64,000 bases of DNA, from positions 248,001 to 312,000 of the forward strand of contig CBFFRP010000182.1 in the NCBI GenBank assembly GCA_965644295.1, read 5' to 3'. The notes under the pieces were generated by a model. That model ran no database searches. It worked only from the letters and a program-made list of their open reading frames with translations, and was not told where the DNA came from. Below are positions 33,761-47,420 of this stretch, in pieces; within the stretch, counting starts at the first letter, position 1; the number at the start of each line of letters is the position of its first letter. Position numbers and translations under genes: made by a program. This DNA comes from Paraphysomonas bandaiensis. Lineage: Eukaryota > Protista > Chrysophyceae.

Positions 33761-36031
33761 GTCAAGGTTTCGACAACGTAATTAAATATGTCATTAAGTT
33801 TTATACTATACTGGATACTGGCTGGGTAGTCCGCTTCGTGCGGTTCAGTGTCGACATGTAGTAGCGAAATTTAAGGAATCTTGTCGTGGTCTGGATGAGA
33901 TGGCAAAGCGCTTGCCAAGTCAAGTTTATAGTATAAAATGGATGTTCATAGTACACTGCTTATCACTGCATTGCGTGAACTTTTGTCACTTCTTACCTCA
34001 AATTTGAGGAATGCGTCGTATATAGTAGGAATGCTGAGTGGGTATAAAATTATCTGCTGACTATACATGCGGCTCACGTTAGAAACTGAGGGAGATGTTT
34101 GGAGTTGAGCTAGAATGAGAATAATTTCATGTATGTAATTAATTCTTAGTATTACAGACTATACCTCCTGTTGAACTTATATATATGCCCTTATTACACT
34201 ATACTAAGAGATAGCATACGATATCGTACACTGCATAAATTATACATTGGTACTAATACTACTGTAAGTAGTAGTGGTGTTATTGCATGCAGTAGTGGTG
34301 AATATAGCTGTATGAGTGTGCAATATATACGAACTCGGGCTATTCGATTGGGGCGTTTGCAATCTCAGGAGAGGTAAATGCTGCTGTATAAGTGTACGAT
34401 ATTACAAAAAAAGTGGCAGGGGCAGCTTGTAACGCCTTAAATGGTTGCAACTTTTTCTTTATCTTTAATCACAATATTAAGCTTTCTTTATTTACAAATT
34501 ACAGCCTAATAATAAATCAACACTCAACTTTACCAGTTTTTGGTACTACCTCGACTTAATAGTACGTAGCTATCATACCGCTGTATCTGGCTTTCCACAC
34601 TACAACGCATTACACAGCTGTATACTGTCTAGTCCACCTTTCAGTCCCATGACAGTCAGTATCCTATGCGCAAATGAAACGACATAATTGGTGTAAGATT
34701 GGCCTTAAATTCTCGTTTTGTTTAGAATGTTCGGATTTTAGGACAATAATGGAAGAGGTAAGAAAAACGTGAGATCCAAATGTAAAAGTATGGCTAAACA
34801 AGACTCTAAAAAGAGAAAGAAGATGAATATAACAGTAAAACAAAGATTTTCTGATGGGTATAATATATCAGATATTAGCACCTGTACATTAATATTCATT
34901 CCGGGTACGCTTGTGGTTAGTGCAGAAATGATTTCAGAAAAGCTCTTAGTACTGTAGACATCAAAGTATTTAATTATTCAACTCTAATCCCAGTACTACA
35001 TTCCAGGCTTGCGTAACAATTAGTTGCCAATTAAATGAATTGGTTTTAAAATGATAATGCAATTATTATAATTGATCAATATTGCGTATTAATTGGCTGG
35101 CTAAAGAGCATCAAATGGAGTTCACTGTATGATATAGCCAAAACCATGATGTCCACTTATCTTTCTCTCTCTGCGTGTTTTGGATTAAGCTCAAGCAAAG
35201 TGGATTGTGCCAGGATAGGGGTGCCTTCTCTTATTTAGAAAGGTTTAGTATCGTCTGTAAAGTTTCGAAATCAGATGAATAAGAACAGATTGGTCTGGAT
35301 GATGATTTAATTCGTCAGTACCTGAAATGAAATTCTACTTGAATAAAGACACAAGCATTGTTTTTAACGCAGATTCAAGGTTCAAGAAGAACTGAACAGC
35401 GCTAAAAGCACAAATACGATGCTTTTAGATGTCCCTCCAGACGAATGTGAATTCTATGAAGAGAAAGAGGATAAGGTAGACAACGCCATTCGTTGACTTA
35501 GAGACAACCGAAATAACCATACACTAAATTACCAACACGATGTCGCTATATGTTATATGAAGCATATGAATATGGTTTCGTAAGAGGTTGCTTAGCAGTA
35601 CTAAGATTGTTATGACTTATTCTTGCAAGCGAATGTTACTTATCCCCTGGACACCTTGAAATATCGATGTTTCTGCCTGCAAATCGCCATCTTTGGGATA
35701 AGATTGTAGTTGAAAGTTATTCAAAACAGCAATAAAATTGAAGGCAATTAGTTAGCAATAGTTGCAATTGCTTTCGTTGGATACCTCTCACCAATTAATT
35801 TGCATAGATCATGCTTACGCTACCCGTACACTGCGCTAAAGTAAAATATGTAGTGCTATATATATAAACTATTAGTTCTTGGCTACACAGTACTCACCTT
35901 CAAACGTTTGATAACACAGACACGAATAGTAGCTACTTATTATATAATGTTGACTACTGAAAACACGCGCCGTACTGCTGTAAGGAAAATCATATCAACA
36001 CTCAATATTTCTACATGTATTGGCAACAAAG

Positions 36032-39000
36032 TCAGGTCGAGTTATGCTGAGATCGTTCCATGAGTGATCTTAGCAACTCTCCTTTTCTATGATCCGATAT
36101 ATTTTGCTGAGTTAGAATCTCGATAACTTGCGCTTTCAGACCTGGGTTGCTTTCTGCAATATGTCTCAAGCGAGCTAAACTACGGCTATCATGACTAAAT
36201 TGGGATTGAGCAGGCTGTTGCTGTTCAGAGTTGGTGGAGTCAGAATTTTGCAAAAGAGGTGCACTGGTGAGTACACTCCCTGATCCGTGCTGTGGCAGCA
36301 CACCCGGCCTCGCATCCAACACCGGTGGCGCAGAGTCTGTAGGGGGGAAATATAAATCACTAAACAAAACAACTTTTTTAATGAGCTTACCTGATCGGCT
36401 TCTCTGCATGTTATCGAGGGCCAATGACCGCGCTTGTTGTTGCTTCTGCTGTTATTGCTACATAAGAGCATTCATTCAAATATGCACACAAGAGTACCTG
36501 CTGAACTCCTGTCTGAGACTGAATTCCCGACTGTTGTCCATGCTGCGGTTGCGTCCTTGTTATAGGTGAAGATTGCAAAGACCGCGGCCCTTGAGGACTG
36601 GCCATATGGTGAGATGTTGACGCCGGAGAGGCAACTCCACGACCACCGTGCAGTGAAGGTGAAGACAGCCGACTGAAGTGAGTTTCAAGCGGTCTCTCAG
36701 TACCATTTAAGTATCCCCCAGTCAACTGTCCCGAGGTATCTCTCTCACCAGCTGCCGGGGGTAGAGACGAGAGTGCAGGAGCTGCGTAGCCGGAGTCTGG
36801 TATGTACGGTCCTGCCGATGAGGACCGCGCAGCGGTCGGAAGGAGTAAAGGAGACGACGAGTGGCCTGAGAAGACAGAGGACTGGTTTGAAGTATTAGTA
36901 TAAGACCGAGGGGGTCGCTGGTGTAATTGCTGCTGCAATTGCTGAGGAGCCTTATCAGCCATGTGCGGAGATGATGAGTGGGAAGGATTACTTGCACTCC
37001 TACCACCATTAACGGGAACGCTAGGGCTGTAGTCTGCAGACAACACGGGCTGTTCAGCAGTCTGTGTCTTTGCTTGTTCCGCCTGACGCAACTTTTCAGC
37101 TATTTGTAGAGGGTTGAGAGCAGCATTGGCATACGAAGCAAATGCAGTTGTGTTGTGCGACTCATGGCAAGGTATTGGGAGACGTGCTCGTATTTCAGCT
37201 CTATCATCGTTAACGGCATGAGCAGGTTCCCGAGGGAGATACGGGGTGCGACGCACAGTCACCCCCATCATAACCAATTCCTTCTGCGATTGCGATGAAT
37301 CTAGCGCGCGCTTCAATCTCTCTGCGGTGTTAACCCGTTCAGTAGTATGTTCAACCTGCAAGGACTCATTATTTATGTAAGGTGCCTCCAGTGATACGTC
37401 GACAGTATCTTTTCTGACTTTTAATGGTGGTTCGTCGTTGGACAAGGACGATGGGGACGAAGAGACAGCACTAAATGACCGCTTCTTTTTCCCAATAGTG
37501 TCTGTGGATGTTGTTTCGAGAGAACCTCGCTCGTCATCCTTTTCAATATCTTCACCGAGTAGTTCATTGCGGCGAAGTAGTGCTTGTCTAGAGGACCTGC
37601 TGCGACAGCCCATCAAAGGTGGACATTGATCCAAAATCCTCTCGTACACCCAACTCGCGTCGGCAGGTCGCTTCTTTTCACATGAATTGGTCATCTCTTT
37701 CAACGAATCACTCGAAGAAGTATTCACTGGGCTTGTATTCCCAAAAAACAATTTCGTAGCTGCGATGATGGCAGCATTCTCGTCATCAGTCCACTTTTCA
37801 CCTGCACGTCCATCTACAAAACAAAACATCGATTATAATTGTATTCCATATAACCACGCGAATTACCTCCAGATTTTGACGCTTTTCTATCTCCATCTAA
37901 AAGGAGACCACACACTTTCAGATCAAAATTCTTAGAACTGAAGAGTTTCCAGGAGTCCGAACATGTGCGTGACGATTGCTGGGCCGAGGGATGATTTACA
38001 GGAGTAGTTACAGGAGTGGAAGCATTTGTCGATACTGACGACGAATGCGGCAAGTACCCACCAACGCGATGCTCTCCGACATGTCTATACTTCTTCCCTT
38101 CTCGTCCAAGAGGGAGTATCGAGACCAGTGTCGTATTTACCGTCATCGCGGGAGGGGTCACGTCCTCTATCTTCCTGTATCCGGAAGTCATATGTCTCCA
38201 TCCCGTGCCAGCGGGGTTGAATCGAACACGTGAAGCAGGGAAACGGTTCTTAGGAGCCTCCGAAAAAGACACAGTTGGCGCAGTAGTTGGGGCAGTAGTG
38301 TTACTAGTCGGTTCGGCACCAGATGTTGGGTTCTTTGTAGCGGCAGCAGTTGCACTACTGTCAGCAGGGCCATTTTCGGCTGCAACGGTGGTACCAGCTT
38401 TCTTCTTCGCATCCGTCTTGACTGACTTTCTGCCTTTCACGTTTGGCTTGGACAGCCCAAGGAAGGCGTCACCTGGAACGGCTCCCGCCATTGATGACTC
38501 TCCAAAAGACACATGTACACTCACTTGGGCCAATTGTCTGTCAAGTGCTAACCAAGAAGGGCTCGATATCACATCCCTTCCAGTTGCCATCTGCAACGGA
38601 TTCGCAAAAACATAGTTATCCGCCAATCGCCCCCGTCGTCTTAGCTCTGAGATTGATGCTTTGAAGGCAGCGAAGTGATTCGCACCATCAACCCGCAGCT
38701 GTGCTGTATTTCCATCATTCGGCGGACTGATAGAAAGACGAGGGTGAAGAAAGGGCTCATAAATCTTTTGCATAATGTATTCCGAAGAGCTCACACCGAA
38801 ACCATCCTGCTTGAATCGCTTACTAAACATATCGGTAGGAGCCCCCCCACTACTATTTGTTGCCTCGACACCAACTATCTCATTTGCAATATTCACTAAG
38901 TAGGTACTCAAACTCGCAGACTGTCTAATATTACACGAACTTCCCTCCATTAGACACAAATCCACAAAAGTACGAGCAAGATGGACTATCATATGACAAC

Positions 39001-42000
39001 CTCGTGGCTGCATTGTAGCAGATGACAAGGATTCGTCTAGCGCCCACAGGACACGAAAGAGGCGGTCAGACTCGAATGATATCTCCGTTTGTGTCCGAGA
39101 CTTTCCCGTTCCCGAGCTGCTGCTCTTGGAATCCGATCCCTTACTCTTGGAATTGCTGTCAGTAGATTTGTGCTTAACACTAACACTCGCAGCTTTCAGG
39201 GCTCTGTAATCATCCCTTGCGAGAAGAAATGGTGGAATTGTGATCCTACCAGCCACTTCGCATCCATTGTTTCCAATAGTATGTAGATTAGTTCGGACAG
39301 GGTTACTGTCGGAGGATGCAGAGAACTCAAACTCGATCACCCGTGTAAGTTGGCGCAAAGCAAGGAGCCAGTCCCGGCCACTCCTTATGATCTGAACCAG
39401 CTCGGTGCGATTGACTTGAGTGGGCACAGCAGCAGGCACAATAGAAGTGGGGTTATCAGCAACTCTTGGGGCTGTGTCACTTGTACCCGAGGTGGTTACG
39501 GGACATCCAGTTCCGGTGGTATCCTTATCAGAAGGTGTCGTCGCTGGAGCAACGGTGACATCAGTTGACGTCACAACAGTAGCCGTAGATGTCAAAGGCG
39601 GTACCACAGTATCAGGAGATGTCGAAGTAGGGGCAATAGTTGTATCAGATGATGTAGAGGGACGAGAAGATGCAGCGTTAGTAGATACAGAAGCCGGAGC
39701 AACAGGCGCATCAGATAATGTAGGTGTCGGAGCACCAAGGACATTAGGAGTGTGAGATGTCGAAGTGGTTGCCACTGATACATCAGAAGATATCACAGTA
39801 GAAGCGCTACTAGATGTACAAGTGGGAGCAACAGGAGCAACAGTTGACGTAGACACCTGTGCAGCAAGGGCATCCGGAGTATTTGATGTAGACGTAGTAG
39901 CAACTGGTGCATCCGAAGATGTAGCAGCTGATGCAACGGGAGCAGTAGAGGGTGTATTCTCTGGAAGTGGGGTTGGCTTCGTCGTAGCTGTGTGTTGTCT
40001 CGACACCCTTTTTTGAATGGCCATGTTGGCGGACAACACTGGCGCGCGCTGCAGAAATTTAGATTCCAAGAATGGCCATGTTGAAGGCGTGGACTCTGTA
40101 ACACCTAGATCACGCATGCACTCTCCTTGAACAAACACTAAGGGGCATCTGAACCTAATGTCATCTCTGAGTAATTCATAGTCCAAATCGTCAATCTTAT
40201 CATCCAGCCTTGATGGATTCATGTACTGTTCTATATCCCAGCAAGCTACAGTGCTCTGAGACTTATCATGAAAAGTGGTTCCCTCGGCATACCTAGACAT
40301 CATAGAATCTTCCAACGTATCAGTATAGACAACACGCACTACTTTACGAACAAAATTGGGTCTTCGACTAAACCAACCAGTAAAATCTGATTCGTTAATC
40401 CAATCAGAGCTTAATACAACTATAACCTCGGCAGCAATGGGCTGAAAAGAATAGTACGATGAATATAATTTATGAGCTGAATCGATTCCTTCATTCCCAA
40501 ACACCCATCGACACAGCACAATCAAGTTAACGCTCGAATGGGAAAATGAGTCTTCATCATTGAACTGTGTGATAGCTCTCTGCGCACTATACCAGTTGGG
40601 TAACATATTCTCACCATTGTATGGACAGTCGTGTAAACCAACAGAATAATGCGCAATAGATTTTCTCTCCAGAAAACGGATTGTCAAAATATACTCATCA
40701 TAAGTATCTACTACCACAGCAACCTTTGTGCCCACAGGGTTGTTTTGTATGATACTCAGAACAGCGTCAAACTTTGGGCAGTCCGAGGAACTCTTGTGTG
40801 GATGACATGAAGTGAACTGAACATGAGGGATAGCTTCAGGCACGGGCTTCGCTTCTGTGTCTGCTGCTGGCTCCTCTGTATTCGGTTGACTGTTAGCAGT
40901 TGTAGATGGTGCTGTTGCCACAATCGTAGTTTTCTCGCCTTTAGATTGGGTAGTACCTTGAGGCGTCGCTGACTCATTTGTCTTGTCTTGGCAACTACTG
41001 CCCAAAGCGATTGACATACTGCGCTCTCTCTTTACCCCCACATTACCTAGTGGAAGAGGTCGATGAATCACGAAGGATCTGGGGCGCTTCGGTCCTGTTA
41101 TACTTTTATCTAGAGGAGAAGATGCATGCACTAAGTCTTCATGAAAGCATAATCTCCGCAATATTACCAGTGACTTTGCGAATTCCTCGAATTTCGACGA
41201 TGTCCGGTTATAGGACCCCTGCAGAGCGGAAGCTTTGCATAAATGCTCTAGCATAGAGGCATATTTCTGTCTATGTGACGGAGTCATATCTACGCGCATT
41301 ATACAACTTTCGACGCGGTCCAGCCGCCAAGGGCGCGGCCCTCCTTCAACCTCACTATTTCTAGGAGAACAGAACCCTGGCATTCGGATAAGAGTAAGCG
41401 GAATCAAGTCATCGTTTAGAAAAGATTTGTCGCTATACTTCTGGCTTTGCCAAACCATCCAACGTTCCGAGGCGAGAGGAGCGTACTCAGGGTAGACATC
41501 CCGAAATACAGAAGGCATAGAAAAGCACAGCCATGAGGAGAGAAGCGACCGAGAAATATCCACTACTGGTGGTCCAGAAAGCGCCATCTCTAGGAAATTG
41601 TTGTGGCTCACACAACACCTGGTGACATCAGACTTAGCAAAAAATGCAGTTACAACCTGCAGCCAAGTGGAGTATATACCATAGACACGCTTTTCTGCAT
41701 GTCGTTTATCCATCATAAGTACATCTACAGCACTGGCAGATCCATCCGCGGAAGATGCTTTGGGAGGTTTTGTGTGTGGAAGGCTTGCCACAGACAAATT
41801 TCCAATTACACCATCAATGTCCCAGCACGGACCATATCGACCTGACTTGCCCTTTGCAGTGCCAACACTTCCAGTAAGGTAGCGCATGTCGAGCATTACT
41901 CCACCCCATCGAGCAGCTCTTGACAGCGCATTCGTGTCACCTGATTTCAGTTTCAATACTTCCGCGGAACTACAGAAAACAACCTCTGCATTTGTGATAC

Positions 42001-45000
42001 TAGCAATTGTATCAGCAGGAATCTCACCATCGCCCGCAGACGAACCCACCACTTGATCCCACGATACACTGCCATTTTCGGCTACAGTAAACGCATCATC
42101 CAGGATGTAGAAAACACAATCGTTAAGATTTTTCTTAATCTCATACTTCCAGCGGAAGATCTGGTATTTGTTTGTAATTATCATGACGGGGCGCCTCGTA
42201 CAGGTAGAGGCTGATTCGCAGCGTTGAGACCTGATCCATGAACTCACAACAGCAGCACAGGCAACAGTTTTCCCAATATTGTCGTCACCATATACCAAGC
42301 TTGCAATATCGCACTCACTCTTGTTAAGTACAGAGCGCAGCACCATTTTCTGATCACTGTTCAGTTCTAAAGTGGGTGAGTCAGCTTTGTAGTTTGTTTG
42401 CCTTGAACTCTCCGATGATTCCATAGCCTTTAGCAAGTCGAATACTGAACCAAATTTACTTGTTATAGCATGGTCAAGAATGGACATGTCTTCATCGCTC
42501 ATAGAAAATGGGTCCTTCTTCGACTTTGAGATAGTCAGCGTAACCCTTCCATCATTTCCTGCCACATCAACTGCGTCAGAAGGAGCACTTTTAGATGAAA
42601 CGTTTCCAGGATTTTGTTCCCCACATACAGTTGAATTTTCCGCAGACTTCTCAAATTTTGAGCTGTTTTTGTTGACAATAGACTTTGCGAGGGAGTTCTT
42701 CAAAGCACTGGATAGAGACTTGGCAATGTTCCTCAAAGCTTCTTTTGATTGAGTCGCATCAACATTTCCCTCAGTCATTGTGCCATTTTCTGGTGAAGGA
42801 CAGCGCTTCCGCTTCCTAGAACTACTCTCCCATTTCTCAGTATTACATCGTGTGGCCCGTCCTAATTGTGATAGCCATAGGGCATATCTGTAACTCAAAG
42901 GGGTAGTACCAGTAGTGATAACCTCATTGTCCGCTGGGCGACGGCGGAGGATTGCTTTCTCTGCGCACATTTCCGCAACTGCTTTGCTCTGTGATCGTTT
43001 CCACCTCCTTTCCTGTCTATAGTCAACTGCCATCCATTGAACCTCTTCCATTAGGTAATCCCACTGGCACTTCAGACGTGGGGCCGAAAAGGGTGGTGCA
43101 GTGTTTGCAAGCACATTCTTCCTGTCTCTCATGAGTAGATCGGACTTGAGTGCCTCCTGTCTCTTCAAGAGCTTCATTGTCGTGTCATCCTTCTCTGGGC
43201 GAGAAGATGTACTGACAGTGGAGGGCGCGGAATATAAGGCTGCATTAGAAGCAGCTTCTGTCGCAGATGCCGTTGTTTTCCCAGTTGTACTGGAAGACTT
43301 CGCCGCGGACGACCTTCCCCCACCCCCTTTGGACTGGCTCTTGCTCTTGCTTGCTGCAGTACCACCAGCCGCTCCGTCAGATTTAGATGACGTGAATACT
43401 GGAGTCGACGAGATATGACTAGTCGACTTCCCAATAGTCTTTGAGCCAGGACCCGGAGTAGACGACGAACTCTTGGTTGTGGACGACGGAGTAGCAGTTG
43501 AAGTCTCTGCGGCGGGGGATGTGGACTTGGATGGCGCATTTACTGCCCCCGTAGAAGATGGTTTGCCAGATGATGCAGCATCACTTGAAGAGGTGCCAGT
43601 CGCAGTTGCCGGTTTACTCACTGCTGAACGGGCAGCATCCTTCTTTGCAACCGCTGGGCCACTTGTGCTTGAGGATGTACTGGTCTTCGTAGCGGTCTTA
43701 GCCGTGGGCTGCTTGGCTGTCGTTCCTGGCGTAGGACGAGAGGACTGTGTAGAAGGCTGCGACTTCGACTGAGATGTAACACCTCCTTCCGCCGTAGTCC
43801 CTGGCGTCATGCTACTGGACATTGTTCCTGATGCATTCATTGCCATGGCGAGGGTATACCGTTGCTGCTGCTCCTGCTGCTGCTGCATTGCGGCTGGGAC
43901 ACTTGAGAGAAGCGATACAGAGCTATCACTCAACAGATCCGGGACTGCACCCATAAACATTTGTTGGGGTTTAGATAGACCAGGTGTAGTTGAGGCAGGC
44001 GTTTTTTCCTGAGTAGTTCCCGAGACAGATTTGTTACTATCCCCACCAGGGGCCTCGCTGTTAACAGTACCTCCGGTGCTCGTGCATTGGGCGGTGTCCC
44101 CCTGAAGGGCTCCAGTTAAAGGGTGCCCAGGAGGCAATCGGGCGCTATTCATCGACCTCAACACTTGCTCGCCCTGCATAGCATCGTATTGTTCTGATCC
44201 AAATGCGGGGGAGAGTGACATAGCACGATCGCCAGATAAATATACGCCATCCTTTCCCGGAAGCAGTGACGGCGCTGACGACGAGACAGACGAAAGAGAT
44301 CGGGGAGAATTGCTAGTCATCGCGGATATTGCCGTAGGGACCGAGTTTGAAGAAGGTGACGTAGGATTCGTAGAGCTTTCGAGTCCAGAGGAAGTGGAGT
44401 TTTGTGTTTGTACTTCTCCGGGGGGTTGTGCAGGTGATGTTTGTACTTTCTCTGCAGCCGAATTACCAGCCGGGTTCGTAAAAACTGCTGGTAGCACTAC
44501 TGATGATTCTGATGTTTCTGTACTTGGTGCAGGAGGAGGAACTAATGGCTCAGAGCTCGTGGTTTGGGGGTCCGTGTTTAGTGAAGCCTGTTGGACAGCA
44601 GCAGCAGCGAGGACAGGGGAGTTTGGAGTTGTATCTGTGGCACTCTTGTTAACAGCAATAGCAGGAGTGTTGAGTTCAACTGTTGTGGGGGGAACAGAAG
44701 ACTCCTGACTGACGGACGCATTTGGAGTATTTTCAGAACTCTTAGAAGTTGGCTCCGCGTCGGCGATTTCCACATCATCAATAGTTGTAGGGGGATCATT
44801 CGACACCGGCGACTTCACCTCCACAGGTGTGCAAAGTTCAGGCGTCTGTGCATATATATTAGTTGCGTGTCACTGTGGCACATCAGGATACCTTTGGCTC
44901 TTGTGCATTTGCTGCTGTCTGTGTGGGTTCTGTGTGCACATTTTGGGCAGTTGACTCCACAGGCTTAGTACACACAGCCTGCATAATTATTACAATATTC

Positions 45001-45364
45001 AGATATTCTGCCCTCATTACCTCTTGGGAAGTATTTGCTATCTCTTCCCTTTTCTGTTTAACTATATCCAGTACCGATTTTTTATAACTAATAACTATGT
45101 TTCGTTTTGAAACTATATCATCACTATCACTGTCCGGATTCTATATATCAAAATATAAAAATGAAAAATATAATTAAAATAATTAAAATATAATTTCATA
45201 CAATTCTATACATAGAAATATATATATAATGTATATATGATAGTATAGAGTGTAGTTATTACCGTAGTATTATCTTGACTATCTCCAGCTTTCTTTCGCG
45301 ATCGTCCCTTCTTGGCACTTGTTTCAGATGATGGTGTTGATGCTTTCGATCTCCTTGAACGCAT
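36032..45364 (-). CDS. Large chromatin protein: HSA domain + degenerate SNF2 ATPase + SANT/Myb (p400/Domino/PIE1/EAF1-like), multi-exon
   Basis: Predicted ATG 45364 (MRSRRSK..). Small 5' exons, a giant exon ~44845-37867, a 53-nt intron 37866-37814, further exons to the stop at 36032. HSA: PRLKCQWDYLMEEVQWMAVDYRQERRWK. SNF2-like: GDDNIGKT, PVMII, WGGVMLDMRY, CPKFDAV, AITQFN. SANT-like: KWTDDEN. Confidence 0.8.
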
Positions 45365-45513
45365 AATAAATAAAATCTGCAATGAGGAGTATCAAAACAC
45401 CATTAATATACTATCTATTCATTGCATGATGAGATCATCGAACTATGATTTTAAAATAAATATTAATATACATGTATGTGTGTATGTATGTATATGTGTG
45501 ATCCAGTTGCAAT

Positions 45514-45791
45514 CATGAGGTGAATACAGTAATACAGAGGATAATACATTGTATTTGGAGGTTTGAGAGAGATAGTGTATTGATAATACAATGTATTTTA
45601 TGATGTATAGAGATGGAATACTGGTAATACAATGTATTTTATGATGTATTCTAAGTTGATGGAAATGGAATACTGGTAATACAATGTAGTTTGCTTGTAT
45701 ACAATGTAGGATAAATACACTGTATTATGATATTTGTGTGGAATACATCAGTCATACATACAGCACAATTGTGTACCTGTATTCCGCCCTG
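45514..45791. mobile_element. Degenerate hAT-like MITE with AATACA(A/T/C)TGTATT palindromic repeats, in the divergent intergenic region
   Basis: Right end GTATTCCGCCCTG (revcomp CAGGGCGGAATAC), left end CATGAGGTGAATAC; about six AATAC..TGTA motifs. Confidence 0.5.
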
Positions 45792-46032
45792 TATTCTTCA
45801 TTGTATTCCGTCTCTATAATTTAAAAGTATGCGTCTAGTATACGTGTAGTTTACTATGAATATCTCAGGCAGTCTCTTACTATTTAAATCACCACAACAA
45901 CACCTCATCATAGTGTTAGTTACTAGGTACTTCTACAGCACTTATACATTCATCTCATTTGAAATTTCATTTCAATAAGAATTAATTTATTCAGTAACGA
46001 ATACTTGATTAGAGTACAGTGTAATCAGTGTG

Positions 46033-46899
46033 ATGGTCTCTAAATCAAGAAGTAAAATGAAACAAGAGAAAGAAGCAAAGAAAGCTGCTTCAGCCCGTGA
46101 AAAACTAACGCTTTCTAAAGCTGCTCATTTGATTGATAAAAATTCACATACGATTGCCAAGTTAAATCAGCTTTTGGAAGCTTATCACAAACCGAATCGG
46201 GCTGAAATTGACAAAGACCGACTCATCTCGAGACGGATAGAGAAGCTGAAAGCTAGAATTAACCGGCGTCTTGTTAAGTTGGCAAAATGGGTTGACACCC
46301 CTGATCATGAGCGGATAACACATCATACCTATTCGACAAGAGCGCAGTCAAGAAGTGGAGCTCAATCTCGTTCTTATGCCACCTTATCCGGGCAAGCGAA
46401 TGGTAGTCGTGGACGGTACAGCACATCTTCACGATATGCACAGAGCCAACCTGCTTTCTCTATGCCTCGCGCTACACCTGTCCCGCCACCTGGTCAAAAC
46501 CAGAGTGTTCCAGCGAGTGCGCCGCGTTACGTTCCAAATTCCCAGCCTCCTCTCATGCTTCCCGGTACCTCCTCCAAGAGTCTTTTAGGAATTACATCTG
46601 CTCAGCCATCACAACCTCCAGCTTCACAACCCAGTGTTAGTTCGAATTTAAGTGTTCTGATGGCGTTGCAAAAGAAAATGATGGAGTCTGTGTCCAATGC
46701 TGTTAAGTTCAAGTCTCCCGTAGCATCTTCCAATAAATCTGGTACCCCTGCATTATCTACTGATGAATCTTCTACAAGTACTTCCAAATCAGACGCCCCT
46801 CCGTTATCTTCAACAGCTCATGTATCTCCTGCAGTCGTTCCATCTTCAGTGCAAGCTGCACCATCGTCGACGCCCACAGATCCGGACGAAGCAAAGTAA
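46033..46899 (+). CDS. Hypothetical protein: basic helical N-terminus, Ser/Pro-rich low-complexity C-terminus
   Basis: 288-aa ATG-initiated ORF divergent from the HSA gene; no recognised domain. Confidence 0.7.
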   Translation: MVSKSRSKMKQEKEAKKAASAREKLTLSKAAHLIDKNSHTIAKLNQLLEAYHKPNRAEIDKDRLISRRIEKLKARINRRLVKLAKWVDTPDHERITHHTYSTRAQSRSGAQSRSYATLSGQANGSRGRYSTSSRYAQSQPAFSMPRATPVPPPGQNQSVPASAPRYVPNSQPPLMLPGTSSKSLLGITSAQPSQPPASQPSVSSNLSVLMALQKKMMESVSNAVKFKSPVASSNKSGTPALSTDESSTSTSKSDAPPLSSTAHVSPAVVPSSVQAAPSSTPTDPDEAK

Positions 46900-47152
46900 T
46901 TGTTCCACCTCATTCGATAGAGAAAACCGTTAAAATAGTTTTTATCTAGATAGTCGTTGTGTATTGTTCTTGTTAGCTATTCGTGACTCTATAACTAACC
47001 ATAGTTTTGTACTACATCCCGAAATATTTTTAATGTGTCGTATGTAGTATGTAGCACTTTCAGAGATGTCCATGCTCGATGCTCAATACATTAATATTGT
47101 TGGAGCCTATATAAAATATTGCAGTGTGCAATGTATGTATACTTACGGATAT

Positions 47153-47420
47153 AGTAAGCACTAACTTCTATAATAAAGAATAGAGCAAGCTACTCCTATT
47201 TACTTAGTAATCTGTACGAAGTACTAAGCTAATCGTCTGTTAAGTATAGAGACTGAAGGCAATCCTAATTTACTTAGTAATCTGTACATCTGTACTAAGT
47301 ACTAAGCTAATCGTCTGTTAAATATAGAGACTGAAGGCAATGTTCTATAAAAATTAAGAGTAGCTTGCTGTAGCCTTTATTCTTTGTTATAGAAGATGAT
47401 AGTGTTTAGGCGTTTACTAC
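47153..47420. repeat. MITE-like inverted repeat enclosing a ~70-bp tandem duplication
   Basis: CTTCTATAATAAAGAATA..AGCAAGCTACTC (47165-47195) versus GAGTAGCTTGCT...TATTCTTTGTTATAGAAG (47358-47395). The duplicated core ATTTACTTAGTAATCTGTAC...GACTGAAGGCAAT occurs twice. Confidence 0.65.

Noticed and set aside
34769-35800. Possible decayed coding sequence between THADA and the HSA gene
   Set aside because: No sustained ORF or recognisable motif by eye.
38016-44968. Many plus-strand ORFs overlapping the HSA gene (likewise antisense ORFs over family X, copia and THADA)
   Set aside because: Antisense shadows of low-complexity or coding sequence with no domain signal.
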